A stretch of DNA of 64,000 nt, taken from an uncultured Verrucomicrobiae bacterium. Lineage in GTDB: Bacteria > Verrucomicrobiota > Verrucomicrobiia > Chthoniobacterales > JAFAMB01. Position 1 is the first letter of the stretch. Each line of letters opens with the position of its first letter. A program made the position numbers and the translations under genes. This document shows positions 49,449 through 58,599 of this stretch, piece by piece. The stretch spans positions 1,248,001-1,312,000 of the forward strand of contig CAVXLD010000001.1 in NCBI GenBank assembly GCA_963762565.1. Direction: 5' to 3'. A model generated the notes under the pieces. It was not told the DNA's origin, ran no database searches, and saw only the letters and a program-made list of their open reading frames with translations.

Positions 49449-50552
49449 ATGAAATCATCAATCACCGAAAGCGAGCCGTCTGCCTCTTCGGGGTCGACCC
49501 ACGACTTAAGCCCGCTGATGGGCTCCTGTCCCATCCCGATATCCGACTATCCGGGGATCGTGTTGGCTCACGGCAGCGGTGGGAAATTGAGCCAGCAGCT
49601 AATTCAGAAGATTGTGCTCCCCCAGTTCCGAAACGAGCTGCTCGAGCCGCTCCATGACGGTGCGATTTTCTCGCTGAATGGGGTCCGGCTTGCCTTCAGC
49701 ACGGATTCCTTTGTCGTCAGCCCGATCTTTTTCCCGGGTGGCGATATCGGCAAACTTGCCGTGCACGGGACGGTCAATGACATTGCCATGTGCGGCGCCC
49801 GGCCTCTTTATTTGTCGGCCGCATTTATCCTGGAGGAGGGAACATCCATGGAGGATTTTTGGAGGATCGTTTCTTCGATGCGTGAAGCGGCTGCCGAAGC
49901 CGGTGTGACGCTGGTAACCGGTGATACCAAGGTGGTCGATAGGGGTAAGGCCGATAAAATCTTCATCAATACCTCAGGGATCGGCATTGTGCCGGATGGC
50001 ATCAACATCGGCCCCGGACGCGCCCAAGTTGGAGACAAGATCATCGTGAGCGGTGAGATCGCCGTGCACGGAATGGCGATCATGTCGGTTCGTGAGGGAT
50101 TGGAGTTTGAAACCCAGATCGCGAGTGACACCGCGCCACTCAATCGCCTGGTTGAGACCATCCTGGCGGCGGCTCCGGATGTTCACGTCTTTCGCGATCC
50201 AACCCGAGGCGGAATCACCAGTGCTCTGAGTGAGATCGCCCAAACCGCTAAAATTGGCATCCGTCTCGATGAAGCTCAGATTCCGATCAGCGAAGAAGTG
50301 AAAGGCGCTTGTGAAATCCTTGGCCTCGACCCGCTTTACGTTGCGAACGAAGGGAAACTGTTGGCGATCGTCCCGGCTGGGTCTGCCGAAAAGGTGCTAA
50401 GCGCAATGCGTGCGCATCCCCTCGGCTCAAAGGCAGCCGTCATCGGTGAGGTGGTAGCGGATCATCCGGAGTTTGTAACCATGAAAACGCGGGTTGGTGG
50501 AACCCGGGTCGTGGATATGCTGTCCGGAGAACAGCTGCCGAGAATCTGTTAG
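49449..50552 (+). CDS. hypE: Carbamoyl dehydratase HypE
   Basis: HGSGG, TDSFVV, GDTKVV, RDPTRGG, ANEGK, C-terminal PRIC. Confidence 0.97.
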   Translation: MKSSITESEPSASSGSTHDLSPLMGSCPIPISDYPGIVLAHGSGGKLSQQLIQKIVLPQFRNELLEPLHDGAIFSLNGVRLAFSTDSFVVSPIFFPGGDIGKLAVHGTVNDIAMCGARPLYLSAAFILEEGTSMEDFWRIVSSMREAAAEAGVTLVTGDTKVVDRGKADKIFINTSGIGIVPDGINIGPGRAQVGDKIIVSGEIAVHGMAIMSVREGLEFETQIASDTAPLNRLVETILAAAPDVHVFRDPTRGGITSALSEIAQTAKIGIRLDEAQIPISEEVKGACEILGLDPLYVANEGKLLAIVPAGSAEKVLSAMRAHPLGSKAAVIGEVVADHPEFVTMKTRVGGTRVVDMLSGEQLPRIC

Positions 50553-50752
50553 TGCTTGCAGCTACAGGCTTTTGGCCGGCACAGGTGGTATCCACCGAAG
50601 TTGAGCTCGATATCCGCAGCTGCGGAATGATCCGCGCACAACAGACAGAGATATCCGATCTCCTGATCTTGATATTTGAGTGCTCGATAGCCGTTACAGC
50701 AGTCGCAGTGACCGACTAAATGGTGACTTATTTTTCTAATTGCTACGTTCAT
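50549..50752 (-). CDS. Candidate 67-aa Cys/His-rich protein
   Basis: MNVAIRKISHHLVGHCDCCNG...CLLCADH...HLCRPKACSCKH (8 Cys, 6 His). Confidence 0.45.
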   Translation of the reverse strand: MNVAIRKISHHLVGHCDCCNGYRALKYQDQEIGYLCLLCADHSAAADIELNFGGYHLCRPKACSCKH

Positions 50753-51035
50753 TTTCCACTTACAGCTCCCAAGTAACGATGTTTTAGCACTTCTCGTGCC
50801 CAATCAATCGCTCTTTGGAATAAGGTCCGACTCGGCAAAACGATTACGCGTGGCTTCGCGCCCACTCGTGGACTCCTGGCGCTGGCGGTCCGCTGCGAGG
50901 GGTCGAACTTTCGAACATTAGCGTTCTTGCGGGTCGCAAATACTAAGGCGCTGGGCTCAAGGAGGTTAGTCCGAGGAAAGTTTGTCGGACGAAAGCGACC
51001 GCAAACCCATCGCGCCCCGCGGGCGTCGGGACTTA

Positions 51036-51255
51036 TCCCGAAGGGATAATAGGACTTAGCCTGGGGTTTTAACCCCAGGGTACAGACGAAAGAGGAATAC
51101 CGCCCTGATGGGGCGGAAGAATCATTGCCTCAGGAACGACGTTAATCCAACGAAACCAAACCCAACAGATCTTCTTCCGCCCCTACAGGGCGGGCGCTTT
51201 GTTCCTGTGATCCAGGGGTTGAAACCCCTGGCTGAGTCCTCAAGTCCCTTCGGGA
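51036..51255. repeat. Multi-palindrome REP-like inverted element
   Basis: TCCCGAAGGGA..AGGACTTAGCCTGGGGTTTTAACCCCAGG..CGCCCTGATGGGGCG mirrored by CGCCCCTACAGGGCG..CCAGGGGTTGAAACCCCTGGCTGAGTCCT..TCCCTTCGGGA. Confidence 0.8.
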
Positions 51256-51345
51256 CAAGAACCAACCGCGGTTTGGGCAAAGTCCGACAATTCCCGAAAA
51301 TAGAAATTTTCAGTCTCGATTTTGGATTACGATTGCAGCCAGTCC

Positions 51346-52392
51346 CTATTCCGGTGTCGCGGCTGCGGGCGACTCTAATCGATCAAAACCTTTGATTCGA
51401 TAAACGACGATCGACCCTATCCAACTGAGTACAAATACCCCGATGATCATGAAGCCCAACGCGCCGAAATTGTCATTTAGACTACCCACGAAGTCCCAAA
51501 GTCCCCCACTTAGCTTCAGTTGATCTTTCACCAGGCCGATTGCCTCGATTCCTCCGATCAAAAGAGCCACTACGACGGAAACGAAAGTAATCGTTAGGTT
51601 GTAATAGAGTTTACGAACGGGTTTGACGAATGCCCATCCGTAAGCGCCGACCATCAAAACGCCATCGGTCGTGTCGACCAACGTCATGCCGGCGGTAAAG
51701 AGGATCGGGAAAATTGCCATGGTTTGCAGCGATAACCCCTTGGCTGCGGCCGCCGCGGAAATGCCAAGAATAGCGACTTCAGTTGCGGTGTCGAATCCAA
51801 GCCCAAACAGTAAGCCAATCGGATACATCTGCCAGGGAGAGGACAGGAAGCGGAACAGTGGACGAAAAAGCCGGCCTAACAGGCCGGTTCCCATCAGAGT
51901 ATCGGGAGTCTGGTTAGTATAACCCTCTCCTCTCCGGACTGCTTGGAACGCCTTCCACACTCCACGCAGGATGATGATGTTGATAAGCGCGATCGAAATC
52001 AGGAAAAAAGCCGAAATCGATGTACCGATGATGCTGCCAATCTCTCGGGCAACGTCTATTTGCCGCTCAACCACGGACGCGGTCGCGTACACCAGGAGCG
52101 AGGCTATCACTACGACCGTCGAGTGACCGAGCGAAAAGAAAAGCCCGATACCCACCGGTCGTTGGCCTTCCTGCATCAATTTGCGGGTAACATTGTCAAT
52201 CGCAGCGATGTGATCGGCGTCTACTGCATGCCGCAGGCCAAAAGAGTACGCGAGAAAAGCTGTCCCAAGCAGGAGTGGCTTGTCGTGAAAAGCGAGCACG
52301 GCCCACACCCAAGCGCCGATATTTACTACGCCCAACAATGTGTAAACCCCTACTAACCGGCCACGGAAATTAGGGGGAAGCACCTCACTCAT
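51346..52392 (-). CDS. hoxN: HoxN/HupN/NixA high-affinity nickel/cobalt transporter
   Basis: RHAVDADHIAAID, FSLGHSTVV, LGFDTATE. Confidence 0.95.
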   Translation of the reverse strand: MSEVLPPNFRGRLVGVYTLLGVVNIGAWVWAVLAFHDKPLLLGTAFLAYSFGLRHAVDADHIAAIDNVTRKLMQEGQRPVGIGLFFSLGHSTVVVIASLLVYATASVVERQIDVAREIGSIIGTSISAFFLISIALINIIILRGVWKAFQAVRRGEGYTNQTPDTLMGTGLLGRLFRPLFRFLSSPWQMYPIGLLFGLGFDTATEVAILGISAAAAAKGLSLQTMAIFPILFTAGMTLVDTTDGVLMVGAYGWAFVKPVRKLYYNLTITFVSVVVALLIGGIEAIGLVKDQLKLSGGLWDFVGSLNDNFGALGFMIIGVFVLSWIGSIVVYRIKGFDRLESPAAATPE

Positions 52393-52515
52393 GCGACATT
52401 GTTCGGGGGCTTGCTCTAGGAAATCGCGCGCTCCGCGATCATTAAATATGCTAACTCGGGAGCAATTGGCCGTCTAGCAAAAGACCGGGTTTTTGGGGCT
52501 TGCCGCGTAGCGGCC

Positions 52516-54063
52516 TTACCTAGCGGGCTGATAATCTGCAGACTCCGTCTGATCCGCTGCCGCTTTACCTACGCGATTGAACAAGGGAGTCAGGACGACC
52601 GCTAGGACCAAATTTAAAGCCACGCTATAAAGCGCGCTGTACCCGGGAAACGTCCAACCGGCGATTTGTAACGGAAACGTAGCGCTGAAGTTCATCACTG
52701 CGGCCATCCAGGTGCCGGTGGTGATACCCACGCCCCAGCCAATCAACTGAGCCCAGGGGTTGAGCCAACGCGTATAGGCGCCGATTAACACCGCGGGCAA
52801 GGTCTGAATGATCCATATCCCGCCGAGCAATTGAAGTTGGATTGCGTATTGAGATGGTAACAAAAGGATAAAAATCAATGCGCCGAATTTCACGATCAGG
52901 GACATCCACTTCGCCATCTGCGATTCTTGTTTGGCGCTGGCGTTGCGGTGAAAAAACTCGCGGTAGATGTTGCGGGTAAACAGATTCGCTGCGGCAATCG
53001 ACATAATGGCGGCCGGCACCAGCGCGCCGATGCCGATGGCAGCAAAGGCGACACCAACGAACCAGGAAGGGAATGCGTGCAGCAGCAACGCCGGGACCGC
53101 AAAACTCGCTTTGAAGACTTTAAACCCAGCGGCGAATTCCGGGAGTTTATCGACGCCGAGCGCGAACGCCATCAACCCAAGGAGGGTTAATAACCCCAAC
53201 ATAAACGAATAGGCCGGCAAAAGAGCAGCATTACGACGAACGGCGCCTCGGTTGCTGGCGCTGAGGATACCGGTCATCGAATGGGGATAAAGGAATAAGG
53301 CCAGCGCGGACCCGAGCGCGAGGGTAGCATAAGCACCGTACGCGCCGGTCGTCTGGCCATGCGGCACAGCCAGAATTAATTTCTGCATGGGGATCGCCGC
53401 GAATATCTTTCCGAAGCCGCCGACCTGGATCGGAATGACGATACAAGCAGTGAAGGCGGTGATATAAATTAATAAATCTTTGACGACGGCAATAGCGGCC
53501 GGAGCTCTCAAGCCGCTGGAGTAGGTGAACGCGGCCAGAATAATGAATGCAACGATCAAAGGTACCTCACCTAACCAGCCTTCACCGTTCAATCCCAGAC
53601 CGCCGATGATCACCTGCAGCCCGACTAATTGAAGCGCGATGTATGGCATCGTGGCGACGATACCGGTAACAGCGACGGCTAAAGCCAGCCACCGGTTGCC
53701 GAAACGGCCAATCACGAAGTCGGCTGCGGTAATGTAGCCGTGTTTGTGACAGACAGACCATAACCGGGGGAATACCACTAACAGGATCGGATAGATCACG
53801 ATGGTATAGGGCACGGCAAAGAAGGCGACTGCTCCCGCGCCGAAGGCTAATGCCGGCACTGCAATGAATGTGTAGGCTGTGTATAGGTCACCGCCGACCA
53901 AAAACCAGGTGATCAGCGTTCCGAAACGGCGTCCCCCTAACCCCCATTCATGGAGTAAATTGAGGTCGCCGCGCCGCCAATGGGCCGCGGCGAAACCTAA
54001 CCAGGTAATGAAACCGAATAGCAGGGCGAAAACAATGAGAGCGATCCAATTGATGTTCTGCAC
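52516..54063 (-). CDS. Sodium:solute symporter, MctP-like monocarboxylate permease
   Basis: EWGLGGRRFG, GGDLYTAYTF, YIALQL; many TM segments; paired with a small upstream membrane protein. Confidence 0.9.
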   Translation of the reverse strand: MQNINWIALIVFALLFGFITWLGFAAAHWRRGDLNLLHEWGLGGRRFGTLITWFLVGGDLYTAYTFIAVPALAFGAGAVAFFAVPYTIVIYPILLVVFPRLWSVCHKHGYITAADFVIGRFGNRWLALAVAVTGIVATMPYIALQLVGLQVIIGGLGLNGEGWLGEVPLIVAFIILAAFTYSSGLRAPAAIAVVKDLLIYITAFTACIVIPIQVGGFGKIFAAIPMQKLILAVPHGQTTGAYGAYATLALGSALALFLYPHSMTGILSASNRGAVRRNAALLPAYSFMLGLLTLLGLMAFALGVDKLPEFAAGFKVFKASFAVPALLLHAFPSWFVGVAFAAIGIGALVPAAIMSIAAANLFTRNIYREFFHRNASAKQESQMAKWMSLIVKFGALIFILLLPSQYAIQLQLLGGIWIIQTLPAVLIGAYTRWLNPWAQLIGWGVGITTGTWMAAVMNFSATFPLQIAGWTFPGYSALYSVALNLVLAVVLTPLFNRVGKAAADQTESADYQPAR

Positions 54064-54125
54064 GGGTTAACGGTTGGGCAGTTTGCAGTTTGCAGTTTCC
54101 GGGGATCCCGGCGTTCTAATGGCTT

Positions 54126-54326
54126 TCATTCGGTTGCGAAATAGACGATCGCCGTGATTCCAGCCCCGATGAATACCATCAGCATTTGGTACCAATAAAA
54201 GAACGGTATTCCGGCCCAAGCCGGCTCAACTGAGTTGTAAAACGGTACCCACAGGGTGCTCACGAATTGCACCAACAGGAGAAGATACCACCAGTTGCCA
54301 CCGGGCTTACGCTTCTTGCTATCCAT
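54126..54326 (-). CDS. Small 2-TM partner of the symporter (DUF3311-like)
   Basis: LWVPFYNSVEPAWAGIPFFYWYQ. Confidence 0.88.
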   Translation of the reverse strand: MDSKKRKPGGNWWYLLLLVQFVSTLWVPFYNSVEPAWAGIPFFYWYQMLMVFIGAGITAIVYFATE

Positions 54327-54420
54327 GGAGGGGCTGAAGGTCTGCCTACTACAGACCGTTTATTGTACGCGTATTATCAGGATTTTTGTCGCTCTGTCGA
54401 GGCTTTGCGGAAGCGTAAGC

Positions 54421-54452
54421 CGTGGAGCGCTGCCTCGCTTGCGAGGCCGTGG
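54421..54452. repeat. REP palindrome, family E
   Basis: Exact reverse complement of 13607-13638 (32 bp). Confidence 0.85.
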
Positions 54453-54649
54453 TGAACAGGGGAGCCGGATCAGGTTTAATCCCCTTTCCTGTGTAGCGCT
54501 CCATCGTTTGCAGATTGCCGACCCTGGTTTGACGACATGGGTTTTGCGACAGTCGAAACGCGAACCGCAGCCACCCGGCTGGCCGTTGACGCGTTGGCAC
54601 CTGCAGCCTAAAGGTGCCTCAAAGGCCGACTCAGCTAGAGCACCATTCT

Positions 54650-55177
54650 ATGGTAACCCAACGCCAGGCCCTTTTCGAAACCGCGCATTTTACGGCCGAG
54701 TTATTGTCAGCCGCAGATCTCGATTTGGTAATTCGGCTGAATGAGACGTGTAGCGACTTTTTCTTTTTTCAGAATGGGCTCCCGCCAAGTGAAGAAGACG
54801 CTCGTGAGGTTTTCGAATCCCTGCCTCCGCAATCCGATGGTGTAACCAAACTACCCGTTGGGATTTTTCATTCGGGAAAGCTGGTCGGAATTATGGATGT
54901 TTTGCGCGGCTACCGGACCTGTTCGGATTGGTATATCGGTTTCATGTTGTTGGCTCCGAGTGTTCGAGGTCAGGGTTTCGGAACTGAAGTCCATGATGAA
55001 TTCGTCAGATATGCTCGCCGCCGAGGTAGCAAGCGGCTGCTTCTGGCTGTCCTAGAAGCAAATGAGTCCGCTCGTAGGTTTTGGCTCCGCCTAGGTTATC
55101 GCAAAGTCAGAGATTACCCGCCGAGACAGTTTGGTCAGCGTCTCCATGCGTGTACTGAGTTCGAATTGATTCTTTAA
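54650..55177 (+). CDS. GNAT family acetyltransferase
   Basis: VRGQGFG, NESARRFWLRLGY. Confidence 0.88.
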   Translation: MVTQRQALFETAHFTAELLSAADLDLVIRLNETCSDFFFFQNGLPPSEEDAREVFESLPPQSDGVTKLPVGIFHSGKLVGIMDVLRGYRTCSDWYIGFMLLAPSVRGQGFGTEVHDEFVRYARRRGSKRLLLAVLEANESARRFWLRLGYRKVRDYPPRQFGQRLHACTEFELIL

Positions 55178-55245
55178 TGGGTTGGCAACCTCGGAAGCCG
55201 CCCGGGAGCCACGTCGCTCTTGGATTTAGCGCAGCTCTGTCGCCC

Positions 55246-55398
55246 GGGAGGGATCGCGTCCCCGCGATCCGCTGTTATCGGAGCCGAGGACGTGTTCTGA
55301 TCGCGAACAAAAATACACGTTTGGGTTATGGCACGTCCTCGCGGCGCGCGGGGATCCTCCGTCGCTAAAGCTATGGCGGACAGGCTGCGCGCCCTCCC
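55246..55398. repeat. REP-like inverted pair (family C); right arm interrupted by the 30-bp mini-element at 55355-55384
   Basis: GGGAGGGATCGCGTCCCCGCGATCCG ... CGGCGCGCGGGGA|TCCTCCGTCGCTAAAGCTATGGCGGACAGG|CTGCGCGCCCTCCC. Confidence 0.75.
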
Positions 55399-55421
55399 CG
55401 GTTTGCACCCTGCGACTCCTG

Positions 55422-56204
55422 CTAGGCCGGCTTCACCGCTACCGCAACCAGCCGTTGTGCTTTCAAATCGTAAGGGATGCCTTGTAACGAGCCAAAAAGC
55501 CTTACCTTCTCAAAACCGGCTTCCTTTAGCAGGTCAGCCATTTCTCGGCCCGAGTACAATGCATTATCGAATTGGACTTCGGCGACCTTCCCGTCCCGAA
55601 TCAGAAACCAGTGCGAACGGATCCGGTACCAATCATCAATGATTTCGCGGGTCGATACCCAAATACTTCCGTCTGGCTGCTCGCGGACTTCGCTGGGCGC
55701 AAATCCGCGAGCGACGATTTCTTTTCCCATCACATCGATAATGAAAAACCCGCCCGGCGCCAAAGAACGGAAAACATTTCGCAGCACAGTCAGGTCTTCC
55801 TCAACGTCTCCGAAATAGCCAAACGAAGTGAAGAGATTGATAACGAGATCAAATTCGTCCGGACGAACAAACGAGCGCATATCGGCTTGCACCCATTCGA
55901 TATTGAGCTTCTCAAATTCCGCTCGCGATCTCGCCTTTTCCAATAGAGACGGGCTTCGATCCACGCCGGTAACTTGAGCGCCTTGCCTAGCTAGCGGAAT
56001 TGAATGCCGCCCGGGACCGCAGCCCAGATCGAGGACCCTGGCAAAAGGTTTTCCCGTTAATTTCGCGAACTCGCCTACTTCCGCTTCGGCAGAGATGAAT
56101 CTGTCCTCTGAGAATGTGAAAGGATAAATCGATTCCCAGAAGTGCTCGTCTTCAAACCATGAGCAACCAGGCGTGGGGGCGTTTTCGGTTCTTGGGGAGT
56201 CCAT
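55422..56204 (-). CDS. Class I SAM-dependent methyltransferase
   Basis: VLDLGCGPGRH, DMR, NLFTSFGYF, LAPGG. Confidence 0.92.
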   Translation of the reverse strand: MDSPRTENAPTPGCSWFEDEHFWESIYPFTFSEDRFISAEAEVGEFAKLTGKPFARVLDLGCGPGRHSIPLARQGAQVTGVDRSPSLLEKARSRAEFEKLNIEWVQADMRSFVRPDEFDLVINLFTSFGYFGDVEEDLTVLRNVFRSLAPGGFFIIDVMGKEIVARGFAPSEVREQPDGSIWVSTREIIDDWYRIRSHWFLIRDGKVAEVQFDNALYSGREMADLLKEAGFEKVRLFGSLQGIPYDLKAQRLVAVAVKPA

Positions 56205-56255
56205 GCTGAGGAGATTTCTTTGTGTGGCGCAGGCTTATGGTTTGTAAAGCGGCTT

Positions 56256-56549
56256 TAGTGTCCTGTCCCATAAATAACGTGGCTTTCGTTGCGATCAAAA
56301 TGGGCCGCCGGCAAGGCGGTCCGAGCCGGACTGGCGGTAGAGGGCGCATATCTAGATCGATACGTAACCGACGAGCAACGCAGCCGCCGGCCCATTTTCA
56401 TCGCAACCCTCCGGGCCGTGGCCAGTTGGCTGTTTTTCCGCGTTGCTCGCTCGACCCGTATGAACCAGATATGGGCGCTTCGCTCGCGCCTTGAAAAACA
56501 GCCAACTGACCGACGGCGAAAGCCACGTTATTTATGGGACAGGACACTA
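56256..56549. mobile_element. MITE with 33-bp perfect terminal inverted repeats
   Basis: TAGTGTCCTGTCCCATAAATAACGTGGCTTTCG (56256-56288 / 56517-56549); internal 16-bp IR 56423-56438/56493-56508; no transposase. Confidence 0.85.
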
Positions 56550-56747
56550 GCACGTACGCAAATTTCAATCTGAAACTACCGATCACGACAGCGGCCGGAG
56601 TTGCTATGATATCGATGTCCGCGAAAAAGTTTTGGGGAATTCCTGTTTTTTTCAGGCTTCTAACTTGCGGCATATTCAGAGTCCTGCTAGTTTACGCGCT
56701 CTATTCCCGATTAATTACCTTACCGGTTCAACGAAGAGGAGAAACCT

Positions 56748-56831
56748 ATGATGCTAATGCTAGACCAAATTTCTCTCGACTCTCTCTTCCATGCAATGAT
56801 CCCGCCGGTAGTAGGTAAACGTCATCGTTAG
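56748..56831 (+). CDS. Candidate 27-aa ORF MMLMLDQISLDSLFHAMIPPVVGKRHR
   Basis: Strong SD (GAAGAGGAG) 6 nt upstream of the ATG. Confidence 0.3.
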   Translation: MMLMLDQISLDSLFHAMIPPVVGKRHR

Positions 56832-57071
56832 GTTAGGCCTGGTTACAGGTAACCACCACTCTTGACGTTTAGCGGACGAAAAATAGTTCGCCTTAACGCG
56901 CTGTCGTGTTAATCGCCGATCCGGTGTGACTTGGGGTCGACCTTTCGCGAGCTGAATCAACAAGGCTCAGCGATCGAAGCGGCCTCCAAACCTGCTTCCC
57001 AGGGCTATGAAGCCCGCGCGTAGCAACTGTCTTCTCACCTGACCTTCCTCTTTTCCGATTTTTTATTTACC

Positions 57072-58301
57072 ATGAACCTGCACCGACTTTGGCAAAGGGC
57101 TGTTGGTGGGTTTCCACCCGGCTTTTGGACCTTGTGGTCTGGCATGCTGGTCAACCGCATAGGTGCCATGGCTTTTCCTTTTCTCTCTTTCTTCCTGATC
57201 AGTCGTGGTGTCCCCCAAAACGTAGCCGCGGCTGCAGTTTCTTGCTGGGGTATTGGCGGGCTAAGCGCTGCCTTCTTCGGAGGATGGAGTGCGGATAGGA
57301 TCGGCCGCAAATTTACGCTGTTAACCGGATTGCTTGGTTCCGTTGTGGCCATGTTCGCCATACCGTGGTGCCAGTCTCTGTTCCTGATCTATGCGTGCGC
57401 CTTTCTGGCCGGCTTTGCGGCCGACTTTCAAAGGCCTGCTGTCTCAGCCGCGGTAGCGGATCTAGTGCCGGTATCAGATAGAGTTCGCGCATACGCGCTT
57501 AACTATTGGGCGGTTAACATCGGAGCCAGCATTGCACCTCTCATCGGCGGCGCGCTGGCAACCATTAGTTTTCATTTCCTGTTCAGTTTCGATGGCACCA
57601 CTTCGCTGCTTTATTTTGCGATTATCCTATTCTGCTTTCGAGAGCCCCGGCAGCATGTCCAGCGAGTTCGGCGTTCTCCGTTTGCCGCGTTCAGCGACCG
57701 CCGTTTAGTTGTGCTTTTTGGGGTGGCTTGCTTGTTAACCGGTCAATTCTTCCAAGCCTATTCCACGCTGCCGCTGGTGATGAGCCAAAAAGGATTGGAT
57801 GCCTTTGATTTCAGCCGCGCAATGGCCACCAATGGTATTACGGTCGTGCTTCTGAGCATCCCTATCAGCCGATTTTTACAGCGTTGGTCACCGGCGGTCG
57901 GCCTGACCATCGCGGCAATTTCCACCGGGACTGGATTCTTCTTAACTCAGTTTGCACACACTACGCTGGAATACGCTGCGACGGTCTTCGTCTGGACACT
58001 AGGAGAAATCGCCATCGCCTCGACCACGCCAGCCCTGATCAGCCGGATCGCTCCGCCAGGTCAACAAGGGGTCTATCAAGGCTCCTACTCAATGTCCTGG
58101 TCTTTTGGGATTCTGCTGGGGCCGGTGGCCGGCGGATATATCCTGCAGACTTTTGGCGAGCATGTTCTTTGGTCCGGATGCGGGATAGTGGGACTTCTGG
58201 CCGGCGTCGGTTTTTGGTTTCTGCTCGGGAAAGCCGAAGTTGCCAACGAGCGAATCTCAAAACCTGAAGCGAAACAAGAGACTGCCCTCGAGCCTGAGTA
58301 G
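57072..58301 (+). CDS. MFS transporter (MdtH/YceL-like)
   Basis: GWSADRIGRK motif A; NYWAVNIGASIAP; about 12 TM segments. Confidence 0.9.
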   Translation: MNLHRLWQRAVGGFPPGFWTLWSGMLVNRIGAMAFPFLSFFLISRGVPQNVAAAAVSCWGIGGLSAAFFGGWSADRIGRKFTLLTGLLGSVVAMFAIPWCQSLFLIYACAFLAGFAADFQRPAVSAAVADLVPVSDRVRAYALNYWAVNIGASIAPLIGGALATISFHFLFSFDGTTSLLYFAIILFCFREPRQHVQRVRRSPFAAFSDRRLVVLFGVACLLTGQFFQAYSTLPLVMSQKGLDAFDFSRAMATNGITVVLLSIPISRFLQRWSPAVGLTIAAISTGTGFFLTQFAHTTLEYAATVFVWTLGEIAIASTTPALISRIAPPGQQGVYQGSYSMSWSFGILLGPVAGGYILQTFGEHVLWSGCGIVGLLAGVGFWFLLGKAEVANERISKPEAKQETALEPE

Positions 58302-58374
58302 AAGAGGCCCGCCAGACAAATCGTTCTCCCGACTTCGCTGGCGAAACAGGGGTTGCAGCGTACAGACCACAAGC

Positions 58375-58407
58375 TAGTGTCCTGTCCCATAAATAACGTG
58401 GCTTTCG
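58375..58407. mobile_element. Solo copy of the 33-bp MITE end
   Basis: Identical to 56256-56288. Confidence 0.85.
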
Positions 58408-58411
58408 CACG

Positions 58412-58489
58412 GATGGTCCTTATGGGACACATAGGACTAGTGAGCTGCACATTAGTCCCATTAATCCCGTTAGTCCCATAGGTCCCATT
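58412..58489. repeat. Inverted pair of 9-mer tandem arrays
   Basis: atggtcctt atgggacac ataggacta ... agtcccatt aatcccgtt agtcccata ggtcccatt. Confidence 0.7.
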
Positions 58490-58599
58490 CGCCGAATGTT
58501 GCCCGCGTATTGATTTATCGCGCATGGTCACGGCACGAGGACGAGATCGAATATGCCTGATCTGAACCAAAACGCCGATTCGATTGTCTTATTAAGAGA

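Noticed and set aside
50932..51002. Hammerhead-like ribozyme (GTCCGA..TCGGAC-GAAA-GCGACC pairing with GGTCGC)
   Set aside because: Lacks the CUGANGA core and the NUH cleavage triplet
56549..58375. Composite transposon carrying the MFS gene
   Set aside because: The flanking ends face the MFS with their outer sides and no transposase is present
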